Numbered from the stretch's first letter, positions 1 to 8,635 are shown. The stretch is 30,285 nucleotides of DNA from a virus (IMGVR_UViG_3300013126_000156:1-30285), one strand, 5' to 3'. The notes: generated from the sequence alone by a model not told the origin. A program made the numbers and translations.

Positions 1-1
1 T

Positions 2-2518
2 AACCGTGAGTCATTCAAATTAGGTGTAGAATATTCGAATATTGAAGAAATTTTCGGTACGTTCAAGAAAGAAATTTTGGATGAATTCGAACAAGAGTTC
101 CTCAAATTTAGTGTGAGTTCAAAAGACGCCTCGATCGAAGATGTGGGTGGTGTTAGTTTTGTAAATAAGAATTTTCAATTTTTGATGCAGGAACTTATGA
201 CCATCGATACGATTGATAATAAACTTCCTTATGAAGATTATGTATCAAGAGTTTCTGAAGCCCAAGCTATTAAAATTACCAATACTCTTCAAACATTTTT
301 GAATTATGATGTAGTTTTCCGATACGGAAATCCAAGTAATTTCGACAGAAGATTATGGGGATCATTCACAACATTACCAACAAATAGGGTTTTTGATCCG
401 TTTACTTATGGACCTTATGTACAAAACACATTACCATCCACTACAAGTACAATCACATTAGCTCAATCACAAGCCCTGTCACCACAAGCTTGGAACTCGA
501 TGTACACCTACGTAGGTTTCGCAACAACTTCAGGTTTGGAATATTCTAACAATGGTAGTTACTATACGGACTTCTTTATCGATCTCAATGTTGAATTCAA
601 TCAAACAAATGTTCAAAGATTTGCTCCATTGATTAAAATTTATGGTACACAAAAATTGTTGGCGAACGGTAACTATGGTGCTACTCAGTTTACTGAACAA
701 ATAAACACCTATTACACTCAGAACGACCAATTTATTTCACGAATTTTAACTCAATTGTTTTTTAGTTTACAAAAAGGTCTACCAAATGTTGAACAGACAA
801 ATGAAAAACCGATTTTGTCCGCATTGGATGGTGATCAACAAAAGTTGGAGTTCTGGGAAACATTTAAGGCATTCAACGACAAATGGATTGCGGGTGGTGA
901 GTTCCAAGAAAGAACTCTATTCCAAGATGTTTTATTTTTAGATAGAGCTAATCGTGACATTGGTGATTTAGTTTTGGTTGATGTCTTAAAACTAAAAACT
1001 CTTTTGACAGGTACTGCTCAGACCAACGCCCGAGTAATTGATTTTGTGAGTAAAATATTTGCTGACAATAAATTCCAAATGATGCCAATGCCGGCCTACG
1101 TAAACTTTTGGGGTGTTGGAGAAGTTGTGAATGGTCAAAGACCGAGAACCGAAACCTCTCAGGATTTAGCAAATTCATTATTCGGAACTTATTTGGAAGT
1201 TGATTACCGTGAGTCCTCACCCAAACTTGTTTGTTATTTTGTGGGTAAGCCTTCAGAACATCTAAATTTAAGAGAGAATCAAGACTACAGATGGAAAACA
1301 GACGCTTTTGTATTTGATTGTGGTGGTGACCAACCTTTAGTTAGAAAATTGGAAAACAAAACAGACTTTGCTTTATCAAATAAAGTTGTTGGATTCAATG
1401 TTGATTTTGGAACAAGAAACCAAGGAGTTTTCTATTCAATTCAACTCGATCAGAATGGAGCAGCCGCCACTGCCGAATCAAACATGGTACTTACCGACAT
1501 ATCATTACAGGCCGGTGGTAAAAGAGCTATTGGACAAAGTGTTGGACTTTACAATTATTACAAAACTCGAAGTTATGAATGTAGAGTGGAATCGTTAGGT
1601 AATGCAATGATACAACCTACAATGTATTTCAACCTTCAACATGTACCGATGTTTTATGGTCCATATATGATACAGTCTGTGGAACACGTAATTGACGGTG
1701 GTGATTTCAAAACATTCTTCACAGGACTAAGAATGCCTGTTGCATCTGTCCCAAAAATTACAAATCAAATTGTAAGTCTCAACCAAAATCTATTGAATGA
1801 ACTTGTACAAAGTATTCAAAGACTGAAAGACACCCAAGCACAAGTTGTATCCAAAAATGTTATTGCGGTCGGAAATTCAATACAATCCAACCAAAGTTCC
1901 ACACCGGCAGATCCTGTAAGGTGTGTTGCTGATATGCAAGTTGCCAACCAAAAGTATAGAAATTTTGTAGGTATTGAAAGTGTGAAACGTGAAATTACAT
2001 TCGCAGATCTTGCCAAGTTGTTGAAGAGCAGAGTCAATAACCAAATTTTACGTGGATTAGTTTTCTTCACGGCATATACTAATGGTCACGATGATAACAA
2101 ATTTATTACTTACGATTACGATTTAGGTGGAACTCCATTTGGTGGTACGGTTTATTCAGGCATCACTTACGGGGAAAGACGAAAATTCTTCACAGATACT
2201 TACGGGTGTAGAACAACATCTAACGGTGTATCCGTCCCATATGCAGTTTTCAACGACTTTGAAAAATCAATTGATTTCATTTCAACATATTATTCCAAAA
2301 TATACAATACGGATCGTTTATACAAATGGAATAAAAAAGACTTATTTATTGACAGTCTCATTTTTGTTTGGACTGAATGGTGGCCAACCAAGAGATTCCA
2401 AACTCCACAACAAAGAAATAATTGGTATAGTGCCAACCAACAATCGGTTATTGCCTTGAGACAACAAGCCTCTGAAGTAGTTGATAAATGTATTTCTTTG
2501 GGACTTATTAACTTTTGA
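2..2518 (+). CDS. 5'-truncated large virion/baseplate-hub-like structural protein (C-terminal part)
   Basis: The frame is open from base 2 (NRESFKLGVEYSNIEEIFGTF...), so the track's start at 77 is not the real start. The segment YECRVESLGNAMIQPTMYFNLQHVPMFYGPYMIQSVEHVIDGGDFKTFFTGLR (1574..1732) resembles the C-terminal beta-barrel of gp27/late-control-D hub proteins. Ends in TGA at 2516-2518. Confidence 0.55.
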   Translation, partial: NRESFKLGVEYSNIEEIFGTFKKEILDEFEQEFLKFSVSSKDASIEDVGGVSFVNKNFQFLMQELMTIDTIDNKLPYEDYVSRVSEAQAIKITNTLQTFLNYDVVFRYGNPSNFDRRLWGSFTTLPTNRVFDPFTYGPYVQNTLPSTTSTITLAQSQALSPQAWNSMYTYVGFATTSGLEYSNNGSYYTDFFIDLNVEFNQTNVQRFAPLIKIYGTQKLLANGNYGATQFTEQINTYYTQNDQFISRILTQLFFSLQKGLPNVEQTNEKPILSALDGDQQKLEFWETFKAFNDKWIAGGEFQERTLFQDVLFLDRANRDIGDLVLVDVLKLKTLLTGTAQTNARVIDFVSKIFADNKFQMMPMPAYVNFWGVGEVVNGQRPRTETSQDLANSLFGTYLEVDYRESSPKLVCYFVGKPSEHLNLRENQDYRWKTDAFVFDCGGDQPLVRKLENKTDFALSNKVVGFNVDFGTRNQGVFYSIQLDQNGAAATAESNMVLTDISLQAGGKRAIGQSVGLYNYYKTRSYECRVESLGNAMIQPTMYFNLQHVPMFYGPYMIQSVEHVIDGGDFKTFFTGLRMPVASVPKITNQIVSLNQNLLNELVQSIQRLKDTQAQVVSKNVIAVGNSIQSNQSSTPADPVRCVADMQVANQKYRNFVGIESVKREITFADLAKLLKSRVNNQILRGLVFFTAYTNGHDDNKFITYDYDLGGTPFGGTVYSGITYGERRKFFTDTYGCRTTSNGVSVPYAVFNDFEKSIDFISTYYSKIYNTDRLYKWNKKDLFIDSLIFVWTEWWPTKRFQTPQQRNNWYSANQQSVIALRQQASEVVDKCISLGLINF

Positions 2519-2521
2519 TGA

Positions 2522-2528
2522 TATTTAT
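2522..2528 (+). promoter_or_regulatory. TATTTAT motif, putative phage late promoter element
   Basis: Lies in a 24-nt intergenic gap, 14 nt before ATG 2543. The same heptamer precedes four other genes. Confidence 0.5.
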
Positions 2529-2542
2529 AGAGAAAAAATATT

Positions 2543-2767
2543 ATGAATATTAAAGCCCATTTAGACAATTATCTTGGAAAAAATTCAAGATATAGTGAAA
2601 AAACTACAGGTAACGGATATACTGAAGTGTGTGATTTGGACACAGGTAATTGCTATACTGTCAGAGACCGTGATGGTTTGATCGAAAGAGTAGACAACAC
2701 AATGAGAACAAATAGAAGAGTTCAGGTTGAAACACCTCAAGGGGTTAAACAATTATTAAACGGATAA
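2543..2767 (+). CDS. hypothetical protein (74 aa)
   Basis: Fills the gap between neighbours, has an A-rich leader, and its stop is 2 nt before the next ATG. Contains CDLDTGNC. No family recognised. Confidence 0.75.
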   Translation: MNIKAHLDNYLGKNSRYSEKTTGNGYTEVCDLDTGNCYTVRDRDGLIERVDNTMRTNRRVQVETPQGVKQLLNG

Positions 2768-2769
2768 CA

Positions 2770-3411
2770 ATGAATATTGACAAGAAAATCTTGGAGGAAT
2801 TGACAAGACACAATTCTATCAACAAATATATTACAGAACAAGAAGTAGCCCCTGAAGTTGGGGCTGAGGTTGCGGCTGAAGTACCTGCCGAGGATCCAAT
2901 GTTAGCACCTGCGGAAACACCAGAACCCGAGATTATCGATGTTGCGCAAGATGATGAAGTTGAAAAAATTGGTGACGAGTCGGATTCTGTGGAAACTGAA
3001 ACTGGATCTGAAGAGCTTGATATTACTGATTTGGTGAACTCACAAAAAGGAATAGAATCTAAACAGAATGAGTATTTTGACATGATGTTCAAACAACTTG
3101 AGGGACTACAAAGTAAATTGTCTGAAATGGAAGGTTTAGTTTCAAAGTTGAATGATATCGAAGAAAAAATTGAAAAGTATAGACCAAAATCGGCTCAAGA
3201 AAAATTGGAGTTACGTAGTTTGGATTCAGGTCCGTTCCATCAAAAATTGACAGATTTTTTCGATGACAAACAAGAAGACATGGAAAAATCTGGTAAGAAC
3301 GAATATGTATTGACATCCGATGAAGTTGAACAAATCGTTCCAAGTGAAATAAAAAAATCTTTTGATACTGCTTTACCTGAACCTACAGACACTAGGTTTG
3401 GAATGCGTTGA
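2770..3411 (+). CDS. acidic coiled-coil protein, possible head scaffold/internal virion protein (213 aa)
   Basis: Very Glu/Asp-rich, with a Pro/Ala/Glu low-complexity stretch and a heptad region (FKQLEGLQSKLSEMEGLVSKLNDIEEKIEKY). The function is inferred. Confidence 0.5.
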   Translation: MNIDKKILEELTRHNSINKYITEQEVAPEVGAEVAAEVPAEDPMLAPAETPEPEIIDVAQDDEVEKIGDESDSVETETGSEELDITDLVNSQKGIESKQNEYFDMMFKQLEGLQSKLSEMEGLVSKLNDIEEKIEKYRPKSAQEKLELRSLDSGPFHQKLTDFFDDKQEDMEKSGKNEYVLTSDEVEQIVPSEIKKSFDTALPEPTDTRFGMR

Positions 3412-3435
3412 TTTTGAAATATAGTTTATTATATT

Positions 3436-3461
3436 AAAGGGGTCACATTGTGACCCTTTTT
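3436..3461 (+). terminator. intrinsic terminator
   Basis: Stem GGGTCAC (3440-3446), loop ATT, GTGACCC (3450-3456), followed by TTTTT. Preceded by AAAG. Confidence 0.8.
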
Positions 3462-3475
3462 ATTTGGCGAATAAT

Positions 3476-3504
3476 TTGACGAAACAATAAACTTGGCGTA
3501 TAAT
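3476..3504 (+). promoter_or_regulatory. sigma70-consensus promoter for the replication block
   Basis: TTGACG (3476-3481), a 17-nt spacer and TATAAT (3499-3504). It lies right after a terminator and 30 nt before ATG 3535. Confidence 0.75.
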
Positions 3505-3534
3505 TCTTATGTCTAACAATTAATTTTTACAACT

Positions 3535-4377
3535 ATGGCTAGTCCACTTGACGCAGTTCTCGCTCAATACGAGAAAAACACCCAATCCTATGACAACTCA
3601 GGGAAGATGTCTCAGGAAGAAAGAATGAAGAAGTACTTCGCTTGTATCCTACCGCAAGGTCAGGCTCAAGGTCAACGAAGAGTTCGAATTCTCCCCACTA
3701 AAGACGGATCATCACCTTTCGTAGAGGTCTACTACCACGAACTACAAGTTGGTGGTAAATGGCAGAAATTCTATGATCCGGGAAAAAATGACAATGAACG
3801 TTCACCTTTGAACGAAGTTTACGAAGAACTTATGTCCACGGGAAAAGATTCTGATAAAGAACTTGCTCGTCAATACAAATCACGCAAATTCTACATCGTA
3901 AAGGTTGTTGACCGTGATGCTGAAGAAGAAGGTGTAAAATTTTGGCGTTTCAAACACAACTACAAGAACGAAGGTATTCTTGACAAAATTATTCCTATTT
4001 GGAGACAAAAAGGTGATATCACCGATCCCGAAAAAGGTCGCGACCTAATCATCCAATTAGTGAAACAAAAAACCCCAGGTGGTAAGGATTACACATCAAT
4101 TCAAACTATTATGCATGATGACCCTTCTTTACTTCATACTGATGAATCAGTGATGAAAGAATGGTTGGCTGATGAACTGACTTGGCAGGATGTTTACTCA
4201 AAGAAACCTGTTGAGTATTTGGAGGCAATTGTTCGTGGTGAAGAACCACGTTGGGACTCTGAAACAGGTAAGTATGTTTATGGAGATGATGCCCTTCTTT
4301 CTATGGGAGGTGGTAAATCAAACGAGTTGGCTGATCCACAGGCAGGGGCAGACCCTGATGAGGATCTACCCTTCTAA
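3535..4377 (+). CDS. ssb: single-stranded DNA-binding protein, T4 gp32-like
   Basis: Motifs VRILP...PFVEVYYH, RKFYIVKVVDR...GVKFWRF and DITDPEKGRDLII match the gp32-like family. Acidic C-terminal tail DPDEDLPF. Adjacent to recA. Confidence 0.85.
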   Translation: MASPLDAVLAQYEKNTQSYDNSGKMSQEERMKKYFACILPQGQAQGQRRVRILPTKDGSSPFVEVYYHELQVGGKWQKFYDPGKNDNERSPLNEVYEELMSTGKDSDKELARQYKSRKFYIVKVVDRDAEEEGVKFWRFKHNYKNEGILDKIIPIWRQKGDITDPEKGRDLIIQLVKQKTPGGKDYTSIQTIMHDDPSLLHTDESVMKEWLADELTWQDVYSKKPVEYLEAIVRGEEPRWDSETGKYVYGDDALLSMGGGKSNELADPQAGADPDEDLPF

Positions 4378-4384
4378 ATAAACG

Positions 4385-4419
4385 ATGGTGCCGGCGATGT
4401 CGGCACCATTTCTTTTTTT
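4385..4419 (+). terminator. intrinsic terminator after ssb
   Basis: ATGGTGCCGGC-GAT-GTCGGCACCAT is an 11-bp stem with one G.U pair, followed by TTCTTTTTTT. Confidence 0.75.
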
Positions 4420-4426
4420 ATCTAAA

Positions 4427-4606
4427 ATGGCGAAAATATTAAGAGTATCACCAGTGTATCGTTATTACGAAATTGAATTGACTGAAGAACAAGAAAAAAT
4501 TTATGAGGAAAATCCTAATGAATTTCTAATTGATATTGTAAAAGACGAAGATTGGGTTTATATTGAAAGTACTGTCGGATCAGACGAATACGAATTTAAA
4601 AAATAA
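4427..4606 (+). CDS. small acidic hypothetical protein (59 aa)
   Basis: Start moved from 4385 (inside the terminator stem) to ATG 4427 (MAKILRVSPVYRYYEIELTEEQ...). The stop is 1 nt before the recA ATG. Confidence 0.65.
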   Translation: MAKILRVSPVYRYYEIELTEEQEKIYEENPNEFLIDIVKDEDWVYIESTVGSDEYEFKK

Positions 4607-4607
4607 C

Positions 4608-5618
4608 ATGGCACTAAAGAAAAATGATTTCTCATCACTGAAGAAGAAGTTCTCTACTTCAGCAAAATACAAACCCCAACGTTTCTTTGACTTGGGTAAA
4701 GAGTTCTTGGAGGCGGTAGGTCTCCCTGGTCCTGCTATTGGACATATCAACATGTTTTTGGGACACAGCGACACTGGTAAAACTACTGCACTTGTTAAAA
4801 CTGCTGTGAGTGCTCAGAAACAAAATGTTCTTCCTGTGTTTATTATCACAGAACAGAAGTGGAGTTTTGAACATGCACGTCTGATGGGATTTGAGTGTGA
4901 AGAAGTTGTTGACCAAGAAACGGGTGAGATCGATTGGGATGGATTCTTCATCTTCAATAATAACTTTAGTTACATTGAACAAATTACTGACTACATCAAT
5001 GATCTTTTAGATGCTCAAGAGAAAGGTGAATTGGAGTATGATTTGTTGTTTTTGTGGGACTCAATTGGATCGGTACCCTCAAAGATGACTTATGAAGGTA
5101 AGGGTGGAAAACAACACAACGCAGCCACTCTCGCTGACAAGATTGGTATGGGTATCAACCAAAGAATTTCGGGTTCACGAAAGGCCGATTCAAAATACGA
5201 GAATACCTTAGTGATTGTAAATCAACCTTGGGTTGAACTTCCTGACAATCCATTTGGACAACCAAAGATCAAAGCAAAAGGTGGTGAATCAGTTTGGTTG
5301 AACTCATCATTGGTATTTCTTTTCGGAAACCAAAAAGGTGCTGGTACAACAAAGATCACTGCGACCAAAGATAAGAGAACTGTGAAGTTCGCTATCCGTT
5401 CAAAAATTTCTGTTATGAAGAATCACATCAATGGATTGGGTTACGAAGACGGAAAGATTATTGTTACTCCACATGGTTTCTTGGCAGGAAAGGATACCGC
5501 CGAGGAGAAAGCTTCCATCGAGTCTTACAAGAAGGAGCATTCTGACTACTGGAAGGAGATTATTGGTTCAGACGGGGACTTTTCCCTGAATGAAGAGAAA
5601 GACCCTGAAACACTCTAA
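4608..5618 (+). CDS. recA: RecA/UvsX-like recombinase
   Basis: Walker A GHSDTGKTT, Walker B LFLWDSIG, VIVNQ and KGGES (RecA GG motif), and KNH near the C-terminus. The likely start is ATG 4608 (MALKK) rather than the TTG at 4563. Confidence 0.9.
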   Translation: MALKKNDFSSLKKKFSTSAKYKPQRFFDLGKEFLEAVGLPGPAIGHINMFLGHSDTGKTTALVKTAVSAQKQNVLPVFIITEQKWSFEHARLMGFECEEVVDQETGEIDWDGFFIFNNNFSYIEQITDYINDLLDAQEKGELEYDLLFLWDSIGSVPSKMTYEGKGGKQHNAATLADKIGMGINQRISGSRKADSKYENTLVIVNQPWVELPDNPFGQPKIKAKGGESVWLNSSLVFLFGNQKGAGTTKITATKDKRTVKFAIRSKISVMKNHINGLGYEDGKIIVTPHGFLAGKDTAEEKASIESYKKEHSDYWKEIIGSDGDFSLNEEKDPETL

Positions 5619-5619
5619 T

Positions 5620-5727
5620 ATGTTGTTAGGATTAGGTATATTCCTTATGGGTTTTGGTCTAGCAGGATTTCTGCACACCGTTTATCAGATTTACACTATG
5701 TCGAACCTTTCAAGAGGTAAGAAGTGA
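5620..5727 (+). CDS. small predicted membrane peptide (35 aa), not in the ORF track
   Basis: MLLGLGIFLMGFGLAGFLHTVYQIYTMSNLSRGKK*. Starts 1 nt after the recA stop, and its TGA overlaps the next GTG start (GTGA). It fills the gap exactly. Confidence 0.65.
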   Translation: MLLGLGIFLMGFGLAGFLHTVYQIYTMSNLSRGKK

Positions 5728-6728
5728 AAACTCTTTTAGTAGATGGAGATAATTTATTTAAAATCGGATTCCACGGAGTTCGAGAATTCTTCGTTGATGG
5801 AAATCACATCGGCGGAGTCTTCCACTTTCTCAACACACTTAGAAAACAGTTGGATGAGCACAACTACGACAAAGTCATTGTCTTTTGGGACGGTGACGGC
5901 AACTCATCCCAACGACGTAACATATACCCCAAGTACAAACTGAACCGAAGACAAGATATGAACGAGTTTAAACTCGAGTCATATCATATTCAAAAGGAGC
6001 GAGTAAAACAGTACTTGGAAGAATGTTTCGTGCGTCAACTCAGAGTTGACAATAATGAATCTGATGACTTAATTGCATACTATTGTCAGGTAGCTAAAGA
6101 TGAAGATAAAACCATCTTTACCGCCGACAAAGACCTTTTACAACTCATAGATTCAACCACATCCATCTATTCACCGATGATCAAAGTGATGTATAAGATG
6201 GGGGATAAAGTATCCATTATGGGTAACCATATTCCCCATCAGAACATCCTGACACTAAAGGTGATAATGGGTGATAAGAGTGATAATATTGATGGTATTG
6301 AAAGACTCGGTGAAAAGACTTTTTTGAAGTTTTTCCCTGAGGTACTTGACCGAGAGGTTTCTGTAGATGATATTTTATCTAAATCGAAACAACTTCTTCA
6401 GGAAAATGAAACCAACAAGGCACTACAGAATTTGGTCAAAGGAAAGACAAAAGACGGAGAATTGGGTGTGGCATTCTTTCATGTCAACAAACAGATCGTG
6501 GATTTGTCTAATCCGATGATCACTGAAGAAGGTAAAGAACTTGTCCAACTTTATTATCGTGAAACAATTGACCCCGAGGGTAGGGGGTCGAAGAATCTAA
6601 TCAGAATGATGACAGACGATGGTTTCTTCAAGTTTTTACCTAAAACCGACGAAGCATTTTTAAACTTTGTCAAACCGTTCACAAAACTAACAAGAAAAGA
6701 AAAAAGACAATTCAAACAATCAAATTAA
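5724..6728 (+). CDS. 5'-3' exonuclease / flap endonuclease (T4 RNase H, PolA N-terminal type)
   Basis: Motifs LLVDGDN, VFWDG, R..IYPKYK.NR, ESDDLIA, TADKDLLQL and the helix-hairpin-helix MGDKSDNIDGIERLGEKT. Confidence 0.92.
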   Translation: MKTLLVDGDNLFKIGFHGVREFFVDGNHIGGVFHFLNTLRKQLDEHNYDKVIVFWDGDGNSSQRRNIYPKYKLNRRQDMNEFKLESYHIQKERVKQYLEECFVRQLRVDNNESDDLIAYYCQVAKDEDKTIFTADKDLLQLIDSTTSIYSPMIKVMYKMGDKVSIMGNHIPHQNILTLKVIMGDKSDNIDGIERLGEKTFLKFFPEVLDREVSVDDILSKSKQLLQENETNKALQNLVKGKTKDGELGVAFFHVNKQIVDLSNPMITEEGKELVQLYYRETIDPEGRGSKNLIRMMTDDGFFKFLPKTDEAFLNFVKPFTKLTRKEKRQFKQSN

Positions 6729-6733
6729 ATTTT

Positions 6734-7183
6734 ATGAAAGAACAAGATATCGTAAAGATGGAGTTTCTCATCACTTTGAATAACAACATCGTAATCCAAA
6801 GATACTTTAATGTGAGAGGGTACAACTCAACTGCTCGTTCATCTATGGAGTTACATGAATATATGAGAGACCTCGTTGATGCTTTTGAGCAAACTCAAAA
6901 AATGCGTACTGTTGTCTATATGATGGACAATCAATATGATATTTTAGAAGATCCAACAATTTTGGATACTGACAATACCGACAGCAATGAATATTTTAAT
7001 TTCTACGTGAAAATTGGTGATCAGACAATTTGTCACAGAATTTTAGATGCAAAACTTTTCCCGCCTAAAATAAGATACACCGTAGACATACGCCAGCAAG
7101 CAAAAAGTGTTCTTCGACACTTGACTGACATATTTTCATCACAAAATTTTGTTACTAACTACATGAATTATACCCTCGCTTGA
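6734..7183 (+). CDS. hypothetical protein (149 aa)
   Basis: Tightly packed ORF between the exonuclease and helicase genes. No family recognised. Confidence 0.8.
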   Translation: MKEQDIVKMEFLITLNNNIVIQRYFNVRGYNSTARSSMELHEYMRDLVDAFEQTQKMRTVVYMMDNQYDILEDPTILDTDNTDSNEYFNFYVKIGDQTICHRILDAKLFPPKIRYTVDIRQQAKSVLRHLTDIFSSQNFVTNYMNYTLA

Positions 7184-7186
7184 GTG

Positions 7187-7193
7187 TATTTAT
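7187..7193 (+). promoter_or_regulatory. TATTTAT motif upstream of helicase
   Basis: Intergenic, 26 nt before ATG 7220. Confidence 0.35.
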
Positions 7194-7219
7194 TCTTACA
7201 GAAAAAGGGAAAATAAATT

Positions 7220-8599
7220 ATGTCAAATAGGAACTTCGAATACCTCGGAAATACTTTTCAATTACAATTACTAAATCAAATTATTCTCGATAAGGATTTC
7301 GCACACTCTATTATTGACGTGATTGAGCCCTCACATTTTGAGAACAAATATTTCAAAACTCTTCTTCAATTAATGAAGGAGTATTATGTGAAATACGATT
7401 GTTCACCATCATTTGAGACACTATATCAGATCGTAAAAAGTGAGTTTCCACAGGAAATGATGCTCAAGATTTTGAATGATACGATCAAGCAAATACAGGA
7501 CTCTCCGATAGATGGTGGTGATTTTGTTCAAGAAAAGGCACTTAAATTTTGTAAACAACAAGAACTACAAAAAGCGATCGTTAAGTCTCAAAAAATTCTC
7601 GACAACGGTGAATTTGAGAACTACGAGAAACTCGAAGAACTTTTCAGGGCGGCAATTCAAATTGGAGAAAACAACAACAAAGTTGAAGATGTATTCAACA
7701 ACTTGGATGATGTACTAAATGAGGATTTCAGGCATCCCATCCCAATGGGAATCGAGGGTATCGACAGACTTCTTAAGGGAGGATTGGCTAAGGGTGAGTT
7801 AGGAGTAATTTTGGCACCTACGGGTGTGGGTAAGACTACGATCTTGTCCAAGATTGCCAACAGTGCTTTCAACAATGGATACAATGTGTTACAGTTGTTT
7901 TTCGAGGACAATCCAAAGGTTATCCAAAGAAAACACTTCACTATGTGGACTGGAATTGCTCCCGATGAATTACCGACTCACCGTGATGAAGTTCTTGAGA
8001 AGGCACGTCAAGTAAGAGAGGAAATGACAAATAAATTATATTTGAAAAAACTTCCTTCTGACACTCACACTATGACCCAAATCAAAAATATGATTCGTAA
8101 GATGATTGCTGATGGTCATAAGATCGATATGCTTTTAGTCGACTATATTGATTGTATCGTTCCTGACAAAAACTTAGGTGATGAATGGAAAAGTGAAGGT
8201 TCAGTCATGAGAGGGTTTGAAGCCCTTTGTCATGAATTGAACGTTGTGGGTTGGACTGCAACACAGGGAAACAGAAGCTCTATATCTTCTGAGGTTGTAA
8301 CCACCGACCAAATGGGTGGTAGTATTAAAAAGGCTCAAGTAGGTCACGTTATCATTTCCGTGGCAAAGACCCTTCAACAAAAAGAAATGAACTTGGCTAC
8401 CATCGCCATAACCAAGTCTCGTGTTGGTAAAGATGGTGTTGTATTTGAGAACTGTAAGTTCAACAACGAATTGTTGGAAATTGATACGGAAAGTTCTGTG
8501 ACCTTCTTAGGTTTCGAAGAGAAAAAAGAAGAGCAGAAACGTGATCGTATCAAAGAACTTATGGAAAAGAGACAACAAAGAGAAAGACAGCAAGGTTAA
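7220..8599 (+). CDS. dnaB: replicative DNA helicase (DnaB / T4 gp41 family, SF4)
   Basis: GGLAKGELGVILAPTGVGKT (Walker A), LLVDYID (Walker B), WTATQGNR and the KSR arginine-finger region. Has an N-terminal DnaB-like helical domain. Confidence 0.92.
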   Translation: MSNRNFEYLGNTFQLQLLNQIILDKDFAHSIIDVIEPSHFENKYFKTLLQLMKEYYVKYDCSPSFETLYQIVKSEFPQEMMLKILNDTIKQIQDSPIDGGDFVQEKALKFCKQQELQKAIVKSQKILDNGEFENYEKLEELFRAAIQIGENNNKVEDVFNNLDDVLNEDFRHPIPMGIEGIDRLLKGGLAKGELGVILAPTGVGKTTILSKIANSAFNNGYNVLQLFFEDNPKVIQRKHFTMWTGIAPDELPTHRDEVLEKARQVREEMTNKLYLKKLPSDTHTMTQIKNMIRKMIADGHKIDMLLVDYIDCIVPDKNLGDEWKSEGSVMRGFEALCHELNVVGWTATQGNRSSISSEVVTTDQMGGSIKKAQVGHVIISVAKTLQQKEMNLATIAITKSRVGKDGVVFENCKFNNELLEIDTESSVTFLGFEEKKEEQKRDRIKELMEKRQQRERQQG

Positions 8600-8635
8600 C
8601 TTGTAAAAAATAAAATTATAAAAATTAAATAGATT

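Noticed and set aside
3408-3435. Second possible promoter, TTGATT-N16-TATATT
   Set aside because: It is a weaker match in very AT-rich DNA and would fire straight into the terminator.
4385-4607. Track starts at 4385 and 4563
   Set aside because: 4385 lies in a terminator stem, and 4563 is a TTG inside the upstream ORF. ATG 4427 and ATG 4608 fit the gene packing better.
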